DNA of 64,000 nucleotides, taken from the NCBI GenBank assembly GCA_963665765.1, contig OY762464.1, positions 233,741 through 297,740 of the forward strand, in the 5' to 3' direction. Below are positions 1 through 9,769 of the stretch, one piece after another. The position numbers were made by a program, and so were the translations under genes. The notes beneath the pieces are model-generated. The model had not been told where the DNA came from and ran no database searches. It was given only the letters and a program-made list of their open reading frames with translations. Source of the DNA: Acidimicrobiia bacterium (GTDB lineage: Bacteria; Actinomycetota; Acidimicrobiia; Spongiisociales; ZC4RG35). How positions within the stretch are numbered: position 1 is the first letter of the stretch; each line of letters opens with the position of its first letter.

Positions 1-761
1 CCCCGGATAGCAGTCCGGTCCAAGTAGACCGCCTGATCCGCCGGCAGGGAAGGAAAGGGCGTCTCGAGCCACACCACGTCCCGGCCGGGCTGCAACTCCC
101 CCACCGTCCAGTTGGGTGTCCAGGTGAAATAAAGCACCGGTTGCCCGGCGCGATACCGGTCGAAGGTCTCCTTGATCAACGGAGAGTAGGCACCCTGCAC
201 CTGCTCCACGCTCCCCTCCAATCCATAAGCCTGCAGGTGATGATCGATGATCGCCGCGCATCCCCATGTGGCGTCACAGCCGATCAGGTCGGCCAGGCCG
301 TCATCGTCGAGGTCGAACAGCGCGGCCAGGTCGGGATCGGTCAGATCACCGAGGTTGGTGATTCCATAAGCCTCGGCAGTGGCTCTATCCACGAAGTATC
401 CCTGCAGCGCCCCGTCGTCCACCTGGGTTCCAACCGGTTCCACCAACCCTGTCCGAATGTGAGAGTCGTGGGTGGGAAACCACCCGTTGGCCCACAGATC
501 CACTTCGCCGACCGACACCGCCTCGTAGAACTCGTCATTGTCCATGGTGAAAGGGCCCTCGACCGCATAGCCCAGCCGCTTCACCAATAGCCGGTAAACC
601 TCGGCTTGAAACCAGCCGGTGTCCCAGGTGGCCCGCGCCATCCGCACCGGCCTTTTCTCAGCGCTATCGCCTTCCGACTGAGCCGGAGCCAATCCCGGAC
701 CGAACAAAGCAAGCAAAAGCACTGAGAGTATTCCCAACAATGGGATGGCAATTCTTCGCAT
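1..761 (-). CDS. glycine betaine/proline betaine substrate-binding protein (OpuAC/ProX family), partial; runs off the window start
   Basis: Own translation of the minus strand from the ATG at 759-761 gives MRRIAIPLLGILSVLLLALFGPGLAPAQS..VDLWANGWFPTHD..LIGCDATWGCA..LYFTWTPNW. This is paralogous to ORF 2750..3682. It has no stop inside the window, so it is missing from the ORF track. Confidence 0.75.
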   Translation of the reverse strand, partial: MRRIAIPLLGILSVLLLALFGPGLAPAQSEGDSAEKRPVRMARATWDTGWFQAEVYRLLVKRLGYAVEGPFTMDNDEFYEAVSVGEVDLWANGWFPTHDSHIRTGLVEPVGTQVDDGALQGYFVDRATAEAYGITNLGDLTDPDLAALFDLDDDGLADLIGCDATWGCAAIIDHHLQAYGLEGSVEQVQGAYSPLIKETFDRYRAGQPVLYFTWTPNWTVGELQPGRDVVWLETPFPSLPADQAVYLDRTAIR

Positions 762-986
762 GGACGGCACCGGGGTAGCGGTAAAAAATAGAGTAGCGCC
801 TCAGTTGGAAAGGCCGTACCAACCCCTGCTGGACAAAATCAGGGACGGTTTTGACCACCTGCCGGCAGGTTGATTGATTAGGGTTTTTACCAAGACCGGT
901 CACTACCGGTATGTATTGACCGGAAAAAACGTACGGCAAACCAAAGGAGGCGCATGTGACTGAACCGCAAATAAGGAAGGATTTGC

Positions 987-2753
987 ATGGCTGAGAAAAA
1001 AGATCTTGATCTCACTCAGATCGCCGAGGCATACGAGGATTGGGAGGAGGAGTCGGATCGCCGTCGCGAAGAGGCAGTCCGAGATCGACCCCAATTCGAA
1101 GGCCTCCAAATCGACCCCGACATCGACTTCTATCCGGAAGTGTCCGATCGAGAACCCGGCGACCGGAACATAGTCAGATGGGGATTCGACATACATCCCC
1201 AGGTGACTTTTTCCGCGGCGGGATTCCTGTTGGTCTTCATCCTCGCCACCCTGCTCTTCCCGGATCAGGCCAGCGACATCTTCGGCGCCATTCTCAACTT
1301 CATCAATGAGAAGGTGGGATGGCTGTACATAATCTCCTTCAACATCTTCATCGGCGCGGCGCTCTACTTCGCGTTGGGCAGATATGGCAAGATTCGACTA
1401 GGCGGTCCAGGGGCCCTTCCGGAGTTTTCCACCGGGGCCTGGTACGCAATGTTGATCTCGGCCGGTCTTGGCATCGGTTTGATGTTCTGGGGAGTGGCTG
1501 AGCCAATCTTCCACCTGACGTCACCGCCTCCCTTGTTCGATGCGGAACCGTTGTCAGCGTCCGCGGCCCGGGGTGCACTGGCGACCTCCTACCTCCATTG
1601 GGGGATTCATGGATGGGCGCTTTATGGACTGGTGGCTCTGGCCCTGGGGTTCTTCGCCTACAACCGAGGCCTGCCACTGACCTTCCGTTCGGTCTTCTAT
1701 CCGATACTCGGTCCGAGGATCTACGGCGCCTGGGGTAACGCGATCGACATCCTTACCGTGGTGGCCACCCTTTTCGGTCTGGCCACCTCACTGGGATTTG
1801 GCGCCGGACAGGCGGCTGCAGGGTTGAACAAGCTCTTCGGTCTCCCGTCGGGCACCGGTTTTCAGATCGTTCTCATTGCCTTTATCACCGGGCTGGCAAC
1901 CATCTCGGTGGTGGCGGGTCTGGATGCCGGGGTCAAGAGGCTGAGCCAACTCAACGTATGGCTGGCTGCGGCGTTTTTGGTCTTCGTGCTGGCGGTGGGA
2001 CCGACTTTGTTGGTTCTTTCGCTGTACGTGGAAAGCATCGGCGTCTACCTCCAGGTTCTTCCGGAGTTTTCGTTCTGGAACGCCGCTTTGATCGAGACCC
2101 AATGGCAGCAGTGGTGGACCATCTTCTACTGGGGATGGTGGATCTCCTGGTCTCCCTTCGTCGGCATGTTTATCGCCCGAATCTCCAAGGGGCGCTCGGT
2201 GCGGGAAATGATCGTTGGTGTGATCGTTCTCCCCTGCCTGTTGTGCTTCCTGTGGTTCGCGGTGTTCGGCGGAGCGGCCATGGATCTCCAAATGCGTGGA
2301 GAACTGGACGTTGCCACGGCGGTCAACGAAAACGTGGCGACCGCCCTGTTCGTGATGTTGGAGGCCTTCCCATGGACCTTCTTCGTCTCGATAGTCGGCA
2401 TTCTGCTGTTGGTTTCGTTCTTCGTAACCTCTTCGGACTCGGGATCTCTGGTGGTGGACCATCTCACCTCCGGAGGAAAACTCGACTCACCCAAGCCCCA
2501 GCGAGTGTTCTGGGCGTTGATGGAAGGCCTGGTAGCGTGCGTGTTGCTGTTGGGAGGTGGCCTGTCGGCGCTTCAAACGGCGGCAGTGGCCACCGGCCTG
2601 CCCTTCCTCTTCGTGCTCTTGATCATGTTGTGGAGCCTCAAGAAGGCTTTCGACGAAGAACTTGACCTCTTGGAGAGTCACTACGACGAAGCCATTTTCC
2701 AATCCCAGCACAGCGGCTTGATCGAGATGCTGGAGAAAGGAGATGGAAAGTGA
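987..2753 (+). CDS. BCCT-family betaine/choline/carnitine transporter
   Basis: 588 aa, multi-pass membrane protein with BCCT hallmarks (GWLYIISFNIF.., WTIFYWGWWISWSPFVGMFIARIS). RBS aaggaagga lies upstream. Confidence 0.9.
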   Translation: MAEKKDLDLTQIAEAYEDWEEESDRRREEAVRDRPQFEGLQIDPDIDFYPEVSDREPGDRNIVRWGFDIHPQVTFSAAGFLLVFILATLLFPDQASDIFGAILNFINEKVGWLYIISFNIFIGAALYFALGRYGKIRLGGPGALPEFSTGAWYAMLISAGLGIGLMFWGVAEPIFHLTSPPPLFDAEPLSASAARGALATSYLHWGIHGWALYGLVALALGFFAYNRGLPLTFRSVFYPILGPRIYGAWGNAIDILTVVATLFGLATSLGFGAGQAAAGLNKLFGLPSGTGFQIVLIAFITGLATISVVAGLDAGVKRLSQLNVWLAAAFLVFVLAVGPTLLVLSLYVESIGVYLQVLPEFSFWNAALIETQWQQWWTIFYWGWWISWSPFVGMFIARISKGRSVREMIVGVIVLPCLLCFLWFAVFGGAAMDLQMRGELDVATAVNENVATALFVMLEAFPWTFFVSIVGILLLVSFFVTSSDSGSLVVDHLTSGGKLDSPKPQRVFWALMEGLVACVLLLGGGLSALQTAAVATGLPFLFVLLIMLWSLKKAFDEELDLLESHYDEAIFQSQHSGLIEMLEKGDGK

Positions 2754-3682
2754 TGAAAAGAGCCAATATATTGGTGGCTTCTATGGCGGCCTTCGCGCTG
2801 ATGCTTTCGGCTTGCGCCACCGAGGAAGTTGCCGGGCCGGTGAAAATCGCTCGGGCCAACTGGAGTTCGGGCTACATGCAGGCTGCCGTCTACGCCGCTC
2901 TGATCGAGGAGCTTGGACACGAGGTGACCAACCCGGCCGCCGCGGAACTGAGCCCCTACTCGTTCTATCCTGCCCTGGCCACCGGTCAATACGACCTGTG
3001 GGCCAATGGTTGGTTCCCCCTCCACAACATCTATCTGGAGGGAGAGAACGTGACCGGCCAGGCGATCGAACTGCCCATCGAACCGGTGGGCTGGCAGGTT
3101 GCTGATGGAGCCACTGACGGTTTGATGGTCGACAAGGCCACCGCTGACCGCTTGGGAATCTCCTCGATGGACGGCGTGGCCGCCAACGCGGGCACCTTCG
3201 ACAACGATGGCGACGGTAAGGCCGACCTAATCGGTTGCAACGTTGGATGGGGCTGTGAAGCCAACATCAACGAGCAGATCGCCGATCTCAGTTGGGGCGC
3301 CGGGGTCGAGCAGATCTCCGGTGACTACAACGGCTTGATCCAAGGCGTCGTGGATAAGGTAGCGGCCGGGGACCCGGCGTTGTTCTACGCTTGGACGCCC
3401 AACTGGACAAACACCGTTCTGGTGGCGGGCGATAATGCGGTATGGCTGCAGTCCGCGGTGAACGACATTCGAGCAGTGGCCAACAGCGACTTCCTGGATG
3501 ACAATCCGGATATCCGCCGACTCCTCGAGGTGGTGGCGATTCCGTTGAGTGACATCGCAACTCAAAACGCCAGGATGGCCGCCGGGGATTATTCCGAGGC
3601 TGACGTCGAAGCTGACGCCGAGGCTTGGATAGCCGCCAACCGCGACAAAGTCGACAGTTGGCTGGCAACCGCCCGAGGCTAA
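2750..3682 (+). CDS. glycine betaine-binding lipoprotein (OpuAC/ProX family)
   Basis: Signal peptide and lipobox MMKRANILVASMAAFALMLSAC. Conserved DLWANGWFP, LIGCNVGWGCE, FYAWTPNW. Its ATG overlaps the BCCT stop as ATGA. Confidence 0.85.
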   Translation: MMKRANILVASMAAFALMLSACATEEVAGPVKIARANWSSGYMQAAVYAALIEELGHEVTNPAAAELSPYSFYPALATGQYDLWANGWFPLHNIYLEGENVTGQAIELPIEPVGWQVADGATDGLMVDKATADRLGISSMDGVAANAGTFDNDGDGKADLIGCNVGWGCEANINEQIADLSWGAGVEQISGDYNGLIQGVVDKVAAGDPALFYAWTPNWTNTVLVAGDNAVWLQSAVNDIRAVANSDFLDDNPDIRRLLEVVAIPLSDIATQNARMAAGDYSEADVEADAEAWIAANRDKVDSWLATARG

Positions 3683-3695
3683 CTTTCAATAATCA

Positions 3696-3747
3696 GGTTG
3701 GGTTGATCGACGCTTTCCGTCGGTCAACCCAACCACCCCCCTTTTTT
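3696..3747 (+). terminator. rho-independent terminator after the betaine-binding protein gene
   Basis: A 17-bp near-perfect inverted repeat ggttgggttgatcgacg / cgtcggtcaacccaacc with loop ctttc, followed by a T-tract (cccccctttttt). Confidence 0.6.
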
Positions 3748-3869
3748 CTCTCACCAACCCCGGTCACCCGCGGTTATCCCAACCGGATCCTTACGTTCCG
3801 ATGCCCGTGCCACCTGCTCCGGGGAAAGCCGCCTCTCTATCCACCCGGGGCGGGGTTCGACCCATCCCC

Positions 3870-5177
3870 TCAGGAGCACGAAAGTTCCAGACTGCGTAGC
3901 CGTTCGAAGACGACTCCGGTCTCGACCAGAAAGCGCTTGGGGTCGGAAAGCTCTTCGAGGCGGCCCGCCGGGATGGTCACCCCGGAATCGTCCGCCAGCT
4001 TCTGCCAGAGATTGCCACCGGTTTCCAAAACCTCGGCGGCGGCTCGCTGCACGATCCGATAGGCCTGGTTCCTGCTCAACCCCTGGTGTCGGATCAGTTC
4101 CGACAGAAAGGCCCCGCTCACCACCAGGCCACCGGTGGCGTCGAGGTTGGCCCGCATTAAAGTGGTGTTCACCTCGAGGTTCTGCATCACCCGATTGAAA
4201 GTGACCAGCATGTAATGCAGGATGGTGCAGGCATCGGGGATGATGACCCGCTCCACCGAGGAATGGCTTATATCCCGCTCGTGCCACAACGCCACGTTCT
4301 CCAAACCGGTCATCGAATAACCCCGCAGCAGACGGGCCATTCCGACCATTTGTTCCGAGGAGATCGGGTTTCGCTTGTGAGGCATGGCCGATGAGCCCTT
4401 CTGGCCGGGCCGGAAACCCTCCGCCACTTCCCCCACTTCGTTGCGCTGCAGCAGCCGGATCTCGGTGGCGAAACGCTCCAGTGAGGTCCCGGCCAGAGCG
4501 ATGGCCCCCAGCAACTGGGCATGACGATCCCGAGCGGTGACCTGAGTGGAAGCCGGCTCCGACCCGATGCCCAGCCGACGGCACACCATCTCCTCCACGG
4601 CCGGAGGACACTGTGCGTAGGTGCCCACCGCACCACTCACCTTACCCACCGCCACCGCCTTCCGGGCGTCTTGCAGTCGCTCATGGTCCCGGGCCAATTG
4701 AAAGGCCCAGTTGGCCATTTTGAGACCCCAGGAGGTCGGCTCGGCCCACATGCCGTGGGTGCGGCCCAAAATCAAGGTGCCCTGATGCTGAAGGGCCGCC
4801 TCTCTGATCACCGAAAAGAGCTTTTCGACCTCATCGATCAGCAAGCGAGCCGCCTCCCCCATGATTACGCCGGAAGCGGTGTCGATCACATCGGACGAGG
4901 TAAGCCCGTAATGCACCCACTCCCCTCCCTCTTCCACTCCCGCGGCCAGGACATCAACGAAGGCGGCCAGATCGTGATTGATAATCGCCTCCCGCTCCGC
5001 CACTTGCCGAGGAGTAGGGACCGCCGCCCTCCCAATGGCCTCCGCCGCCTCGGCCGGCGCCACGCCGAGTTCCGCCCAGGCCCAAAGGGCCAACTCCTCC
5101 ACGCGCTTCCAAGTAGCAAATCGCCGCTCAGCCGACCACAACCCGGCCATCTCCGGCAGCCGGTAGCGATCAATCAT
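3870..5177 (-). CDS. purB: adenylosuccinate lyase
   Basis: 435 aa with the fumarate-lyase signature GSSAMPHKRNP and full-length PurB similarity. Confidence 0.95.
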   Translation of the reverse strand: MIDRYRLPEMAGLWSAERRFATWKRVEELALWAWAELGVAPAEAAEAIGRAAVPTPRQVAEREAIINHDLAAFVDVLAAGVEEGGEWVHYGLTSSDVIDTASGVIMGEAARLLIDEVEKLFSVIREAALQHQGTLILGRTHGMWAEPTSWGLKMANWAFQLARDHERLQDARKAVAVGKVSGAVGTYAQCPPAVEEMVCRRLGIGSEPASTQVTARDRHAQLLGAIALAGTSLERFATEIRLLQRNEVGEVAEGFRPGQKGSSAMPHKRNPISSEQMVGMARLLRGYSMTGLENVALWHERDISHSSVERVIIPDACTILHYMLVTFNRVMQNLEVNTTLMRANLDATGGLVVSGAFLSELIRHQGLSRNQAYRIVQRAAAEVLETGGNLWQKLADDSGVTIPAGRLEELSDPKRFLVETGVVFERLRSLELSCS

Positions 5178-5238
5178 GTCATCCGCCGCGGTTGGTACAA
5201 CGCCACCGGAGACCCAACTCCACTTCCTCCAGAACCGC

Positions 5239-6228
5239 TCAGGCGCAGATGGGCTGTGCGGCGTTGGAGTCCCATCGGGAATTCAGATGCAGTGGTTCCT
5301 CCCCCAAAGCGATGCGGTCCCGAGCTTCCCACCAGAGCCGCGCCCACTCCCCGTAATCGGTGAGCATCTGATCGGGATGAGCGGCGCTTCGAGCCACAAA
5401 CCCCGGAAAAACCGACCGACCGGTGGGCTGTCCGATCGGCTGGTAGCGAAGATCAAAGCTCCATCGAATATCATCGCTGCGGTTGTCGAGCGAACCGTGC
5501 TCGGTCATTTTGTGAAGAAACACCGCGCCGCCCGCCCCCACTTCGAGAGGAACCACGCGGTCCCCGTCGATGATCGACTCGGGAATGTAAATCTCCGCCG
5601 CCACTCCCTTGCCCGGGCAGTGCAGCGAAAGCTCTCCATCTCGATGGCTGCCGCGCTCGGCGATCAGGCACCCATTTTGGATGGTGGCGTCGGTAACGGC
5701 GAGCCAGACAGTCAGCATATCGGTGGCATCCGCCTCTTGGGTGATCACCGCCGAATCCTGATGCCACATGGTGGCTGCGATATTCGAGTCGAGGGCGGTC
5801 TTGGGCAACCGATGGACGGGAGGCTTTATGCGGGTATGCTGCACCGGGTTGGAGTAGATCTCCGGTCCTATGATCGATTCGACCAGATCAAGAAGCCGGG
5901 GGTTGGTCAACAGGCGAAAAACCTCGGGACCGGCATTCATGGTGTGGGACGAGTCGAGCCGTTCCAGCAGGGGCAACGAGATGTCGAGATACTGGTACAG
6001 TGCGTAAACTTCGTCGACCTGCTGCAACGCTTGGATGTAACGCTCGGAAAAAGTGTCACCGGGCCGCGACTTGGCGCTCTGCTCGATCAAGACCTCCACG
6101 GCTTGGTCCAGAACCTCGCGATACTCGGCCTCCAGTCCGGTGAGTTCTTCCTCCGACAGCACATTCTCAACGATGAGATACCCGTCTTGTTCGAAGCTAG
6201 CCAGTTGTCGGGCATCCAGTGCAGCCAT
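5239..6228 (-). CDS. phytanoyl-CoA dioxygenase (PhyH) family protein
   Basis: FEQDGYLIVENVLSEEEL N-terminus typical of the PhyH family. The start was taken at the second Met (MAALDA); the ORF track begins at 6258. Confidence 0.75.
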   Translation of the reverse strand: MAALDARQLASFEQDGYLIVENVLSEEELTGLEAEYREVLDQAVEVLIEQSAKSRPGDTFSERYIQALQQVDEVYALYQYLDISLPLLERLDSSHTMNAGPEVFRLLTNPRLLDLVESIIGPEIYSNPVQHTRIKPPVHRLPKTALDSNIAATMWHQDSAVITQEADATDMLTVWLAVTDATIQNGCLIAERGSHRDGELSLHCPGKGVAAEIYIPESIIDGDRVVPLEVGAGGAVFLHKMTEHGSLDNRSDDIRWSFDLRYQPIGQPTGRSVFPGFVARSAAHPDQMLTDYGEWARLWWEARDRIALGEEPLHLNSRWDSNAAQPICA

Positions 6229-6443
6229 AGTCGCACCTCCAGATGTCGGAAGAAACAAGACTTATCGCTCAAGTCTACCCAAGCCCCACCGCGAAAGAGC
6301 CCCGGCATGGGCAATTGGTCGGTCCCCACCGGCGGTCGGTCCCCACCGGTTCCGGTTCACCTGCCGGCACGGATAGGCTCTCGGGGGATGGAGACTCCGA
6401 CCCCCTCCCCCACCGGCGGACGCGGCTTGCTCTTCGTGACGCA

Positions 6444-7622
6444 TTGACTCGACTCACTTTGTCCCAAGCTCGCCGCCTGGCGATTTCCGCCACCGGGCTG
6501 GGCGCCTCCCGACCGTCGGGGAGGATAGACATCCGCCACTACCGAAGAGTGCTCAGACACACCGGTCTTGTCCAACTCGACTCGGTGAATGTGCTGGCCA
6601 GAGCCCATTATCTTCCCTTCTTTTCCAGGCTGGGCGCCTATTCCCCCTCTCGCTTGGACCGGTGGCTGTGGGAATCGGGGGAAATGTTCGAATATTGGGG
6701 ACACGAACGTTCTCTGATTCCCATCCGGCATCGTCCTCTTTTCGTTCACCGCATGCACCAACCGGTGCAGGGATGGATCGAGTCGGTCAATTACGACCAC
6801 CCCGACTACGTGCAGCAGGTGCACCGGGAGGTGGAGACCAAGGGGCCGCTCCGCGCCTCCGACCTGAGCGAACCGGGGGAATCCGGCGGGTCGTGGTGGG
6901 GACATTCGATGGGAAAACGCGCCTTGGAGTGGTTGTTTTGGAAAGGCGCGGTCACGGTGGCGGACCGGCGCCGTTTCATCCGCCGGTATGACCTTCCCGA
7001 GCGGGTTCATTCCCCGTGGGCCATGGCCCAGCCGCCGGTCGAGACCCGGGAGGCCCACCGTCGGCTACTGCGACTGGCCGTTGCGCACTGCAGCGTGGGT
7101 ACTGCAGCCGATCTCGCCGACCACTATCGCATCGCGGTTCGGTCGGCCCGCGCCGCCCTGGCCGACCTGGTCGACTCCGGCGAGATCCGGGAAGTGGAAG
7201 TAACAGGCTGGCCGACGCCGGCCTATCTGGACCCGGATGCCGAATGTCCCCGCCAGGTGGGCGGGCGGGCGCTCCTCTCCCCCTTCGATCCCCTGGTCTG
7301 GTGTCGCCCGCGGCTGGAAAGGCTATTTCACTTTCGGTATCGGATTGAGATCTACGTTCCTCGCGCCAAGCGGATTCACGGCTACTACGTGCTGCCCTTC
7401 CTGCTGGGAGACACCATGGTCGCCCGGGTGGACCTCAAGCTTGATCGGAAGTCAAAGCGCCTGCTGGTGCTGGGCAGCTTTGGGGAAACCGACATCCCGG
7501 TGGACCGAGTGTGCCGGGAATTAGCCGGGGAATTGACCGATCTAGCCGAATGGTTGGACGCCCGGGAAGTCTCGATATCACCAAACGGCGACTTGGCGCC
7601 CCCACTCTCCCGCCATTTCTAG
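6444..7622 (+). CDS. YcaQ-family winged-helix protein (DUF1006; putative interstrand-crosslink DNA glycosylase)
   Basis: LSQARRLAI..LDSVNVLARAHYLPFFSRLGAY..YWGHE motifs. The ATG-initiated ORF from 6243 would overlap the divergent PhyH gene, so an in-frame TTG at 6444 is proposed, giving about 392 aa. Confidence 0.65.
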   Translation: MTRLTLSQARRLAISATGLGASRPSGRIDIRHYRRVLRHTGLVQLDSVNVLARAHYLPFFSRLGAYSPSRLDRWLWESGEMFEYWGHERSLIPIRHRPLFVHRMHQPVQGWIESVNYDHPDYVQQVHREVETKGPLRASDLSEPGESGGSWWGHSMGKRALEWLFWKGAVTVADRRRFIRRYDLPERVHSPWAMAQPPVETREAHRRLLRLAVAHCSVGTAADLADHYRIAVRSARAALADLVDSGEIREVEVTGWPTPAYLDPDAECPRQVGGRALLSPFDPLVWCRPRLERLFHFRYRIEIYVPRAKRIHGYYVLPFLLGDTMVARVDLKLDRKSKRLLVLGSFGETDIPVDRVCRELAGELTDLAEWLDAREVSISPNGDLAPPLSRHF

Positions 7623-7689
7623 AAGACCCGACTGACAGACCAAGGCTGGCGGCCCGGGCGCCGGATCCTTGCCCCCGTTGCTCCCAGCC

Positions 7690-8979
7690 TCAGCGAATCA
7701 CCAACTGGCTGCGTTCGGGGCCGACCGAGACCCATCCCACCTGCACCCCTACCGCCTCCTCGATAAAACGTATGTAGCTCCGGGCGGTCGGCGGCAGATC
7801 GCGGAACCTTCTTGCCCCGGTGATGTCCTCCTCCCAGCCCTCCAAATCCTCGTACACCGGAGTGCATCGGTACAACACCCGCTGCTGGCGGGGGAACTCC
7901 TCATGGCTTTGCCCGGCGCCGTGGTAGCCCACCGCCACTCGCAAGGTGTCCAAACCGGAGAGAATATCGAGCTTGGTGATGAACAGATGGGTCAACCCAT
8001 TGATCCGGGCCGCATACCGGAGAGCCACCAGATCGAGCCACCCGCAGCGCCGTCGGCGACCGGTGACCGTACCGTACTCCCGACCCCGGTCCACCAGCCA
8101 ATCCCCCACTTCGTCCGACAACTCGGTGGGAAAGGGACCGCTACCCACCCGGGAGATGTAGGCCTTGGCCACCCCAACCACCGTATCGATGGCGGTGGGG
8201 CCCAGTCCGGCGCCGATCAATGCGCCACCGGCCGTGGGATTGGAGGAGGTGACAAAGGGATAGGTCCCGTGGTCGATATCCAGCAGCGTCCCCTGCGCCC
8301 CCTCAAACAGAACTTCCCGTCCCTCGGCGACTGCCTTCCAGAGCAGGTGTGAGGTGTCGGTGACATGGGGAAGGAGCCGTTCGGCCATCTCCAGGTACTC
8401 CGAGACCACCTCATCGGAGTTCATCGGCAGGCGATTGTAGACCCTGGTCAGTATCTTGTTCTTGTCCGCCAAGGCCACCTCGACCTTTTCTCGAAAGATC
8501 CGCGGGTCAAACAGATCCTGAACCCGAATCCCCACCCGGGAATACTTGTCGGTGTAGGCCGGGCCGATCCCCCGTTTGGTGGTGCCGATCTGGTTGCGAC
8601 CCAGGTAGCGCTCCATCACACCGTCCAGCATCCGGTGATAGGGCATGATCAGGTGGGCATTGGAAGAAATACGCAGGCGCTTGACGCTGATCCCCTCTCG
8701 GGTGAGCATCTCGATCTCGCTCAGCAGCACCGCCGGATCGATCACGCAGCCCGAGGCGATCACCGGTACGCAACTGCCGTACATCACCCCCGAGGGAACC
8801 AGCGACAGGGCATAGGAGCGATCACCGATGGTGATGGTATGCCCAGCGTTGTTACCCCCCTGATAGCGGACGACATAATCGGCGGACTCCGCGAAAAAAT
8901 CGGTAACACGGCCCTTCCCCTCGTCGCCCCATTGTGCTCCCAACACGATGGTGGCTGTCACAACCCGAATACTAGCCAC
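7690..8979 (-). CDS. purA: adenylosuccinate synthetase
   Basis: GAQWGDEGKGRVTD P-loop and full-length PurA similarity. Confidence 0.95.
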   Translation of the reverse strand: MASIRVVTATIVLGAQWGDEGKGRVTDFFAESADYVVRYQGGNNAGHTITIGDRSYALSLVPSGVMYGSCVPVIASGCVIDPAVLLSEIEMLTREGISVKRLRISSNAHLIMPYHRMLDGVMERYLGRNQIGTTKRGIGPAYTDKYSRVGIRVQDLFDPRIFREKVEVALADKNKILTRVYNRLPMNSDEVVSEYLEMAERLLPHVTDTSHLLWKAVAEGREVLFEGAQGTLLDIDHGTYPFVTSSNPTAGGALIGAGLGPTAIDTVVGVAKAYISRVGSGPFPTELSDEVGDWLVDRGREYGTVTGRRRRCGWLDLVALRYAARINGLTHLFITKLDILSGLDTLRVAVGYHGAGQSHEEFPRQQRVLYRCTPVYEDLEGWEEDITGARRFRDLPPTARSYIRFIEEAVGVQVGWVSVGPERSQLVIR

Positions 8980-9085
8980 CGGCCGCCGGGTAGGGTAAAT
9001 CTCAGGTTTCTCTCATGTTCGCCGGCCAGGCTGGCAGAGATATGGAGTACATCACCAGAATGAACCGGTCGGAAACTGCCAAGCC

Positions 9086-9769
9086 ATGACTGTCGGACGA
9101 CTGCTGCTGGTGGAAGATGACCAGCGAGTGCGCGACTCGCTTCACCGGGCCTTGGATCTGGAAGGATTTGAGGTCTCCACCGCCGTTGACGGTGGGGCGG
9201 CGCTTCAGATGATCGCCTCACACCGTCCCGACGCCGTCATCTTGGATGTGATGATGCCGATCCTGGACGGATTGCAGGTGGCCCGGAGAGTCCGGGCAGA
9301 CGGAGACACCACCCCGATCCTGATGCTCACTGCCCGGCACGAGGTAACCCACCGGGTAGCCGGGCTCGATGCCGGGGCAGACGATTATCTGGTCAAACCG
9401 TTCGCTCTGGAAGAGTTGCTGGCGCGGCTGCGGGCCCTGCTGCGTCGTGGGGGGATAACCGGTTATGGCAAGACCTTGCAACTGGCCGAATTGTCTCTCG
9501 ATCCCGCCGCCCGGCGAGTGTTCCGCGGTCAACGAGAACTCACCCTCACCAAGACCGAGTTTGATCTGTTGGAATTTTTGATGTTCAATGCCAGGATCGT
9601 GCTTCCCCGGGAGCTGATTATGGAACGTATATGGGGCTATGACTTCGCAACCACCTCCAACCCCCTGGAGGTGTACATCGGGTATCTGCGCCGCAAGTTG
9701 GAGGCGGCGGGAGAAGGTCGGCTGATCCACACCGTCCGGGGCGTGGGATATGTAGCGAGGGAATCGTGA
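9086..9769 (+). CDS. OmpR-family two-component response regulator
   Basis: Receiver domain (LLVEDD..D54-like DVMMP) plus a winged-helix output domain ([12 protein letters not shown]). Confidence 0.9.
   Translation: MTVGRLLLVEDDQRVRDSLHRALDLEGFEVSTAVDGGAALQMIASHRPDAVILDVMMPILDGLQVARRVRADGDTTPILMLTARHEVTHRVAGLDAGADDYLVKPFALEELLARLRALLRRGGITGYGKTLQLAELSLDPAARRVFRGQRELTLTKTEFDLLEFLMFNARIVLPRELIMERIWGYDFATTSNPLEVYIGYLRRKLEAAGEGRLIHTVRGVGYVARES

Noticed and set aside
1788-2665. Long ORFs (224 aa minus, 235 aa plus) inside the BCCT transporter gene
   Set aside because: They are Arg/Pro/Gly-rich translations of the opposite or shifted frame of a well-supported membrane-protein gene, which is typical GC-rich frame noise.
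3820-3850. tRNA-like GGTTCGA T-loop motif (ggggcggggttcgacccatcccc)
   Set aside because: It has no matching acceptor or anticodon arms and no CCA context. It lies within the purB 3' flank and is not a tRNA gene.
5176-6447. 423-aa plus-strand ORF
   Set aside because: It is antisense to the PhyH-family gene and extends into the purB flank. It has low-complexity composition and no domain signature.
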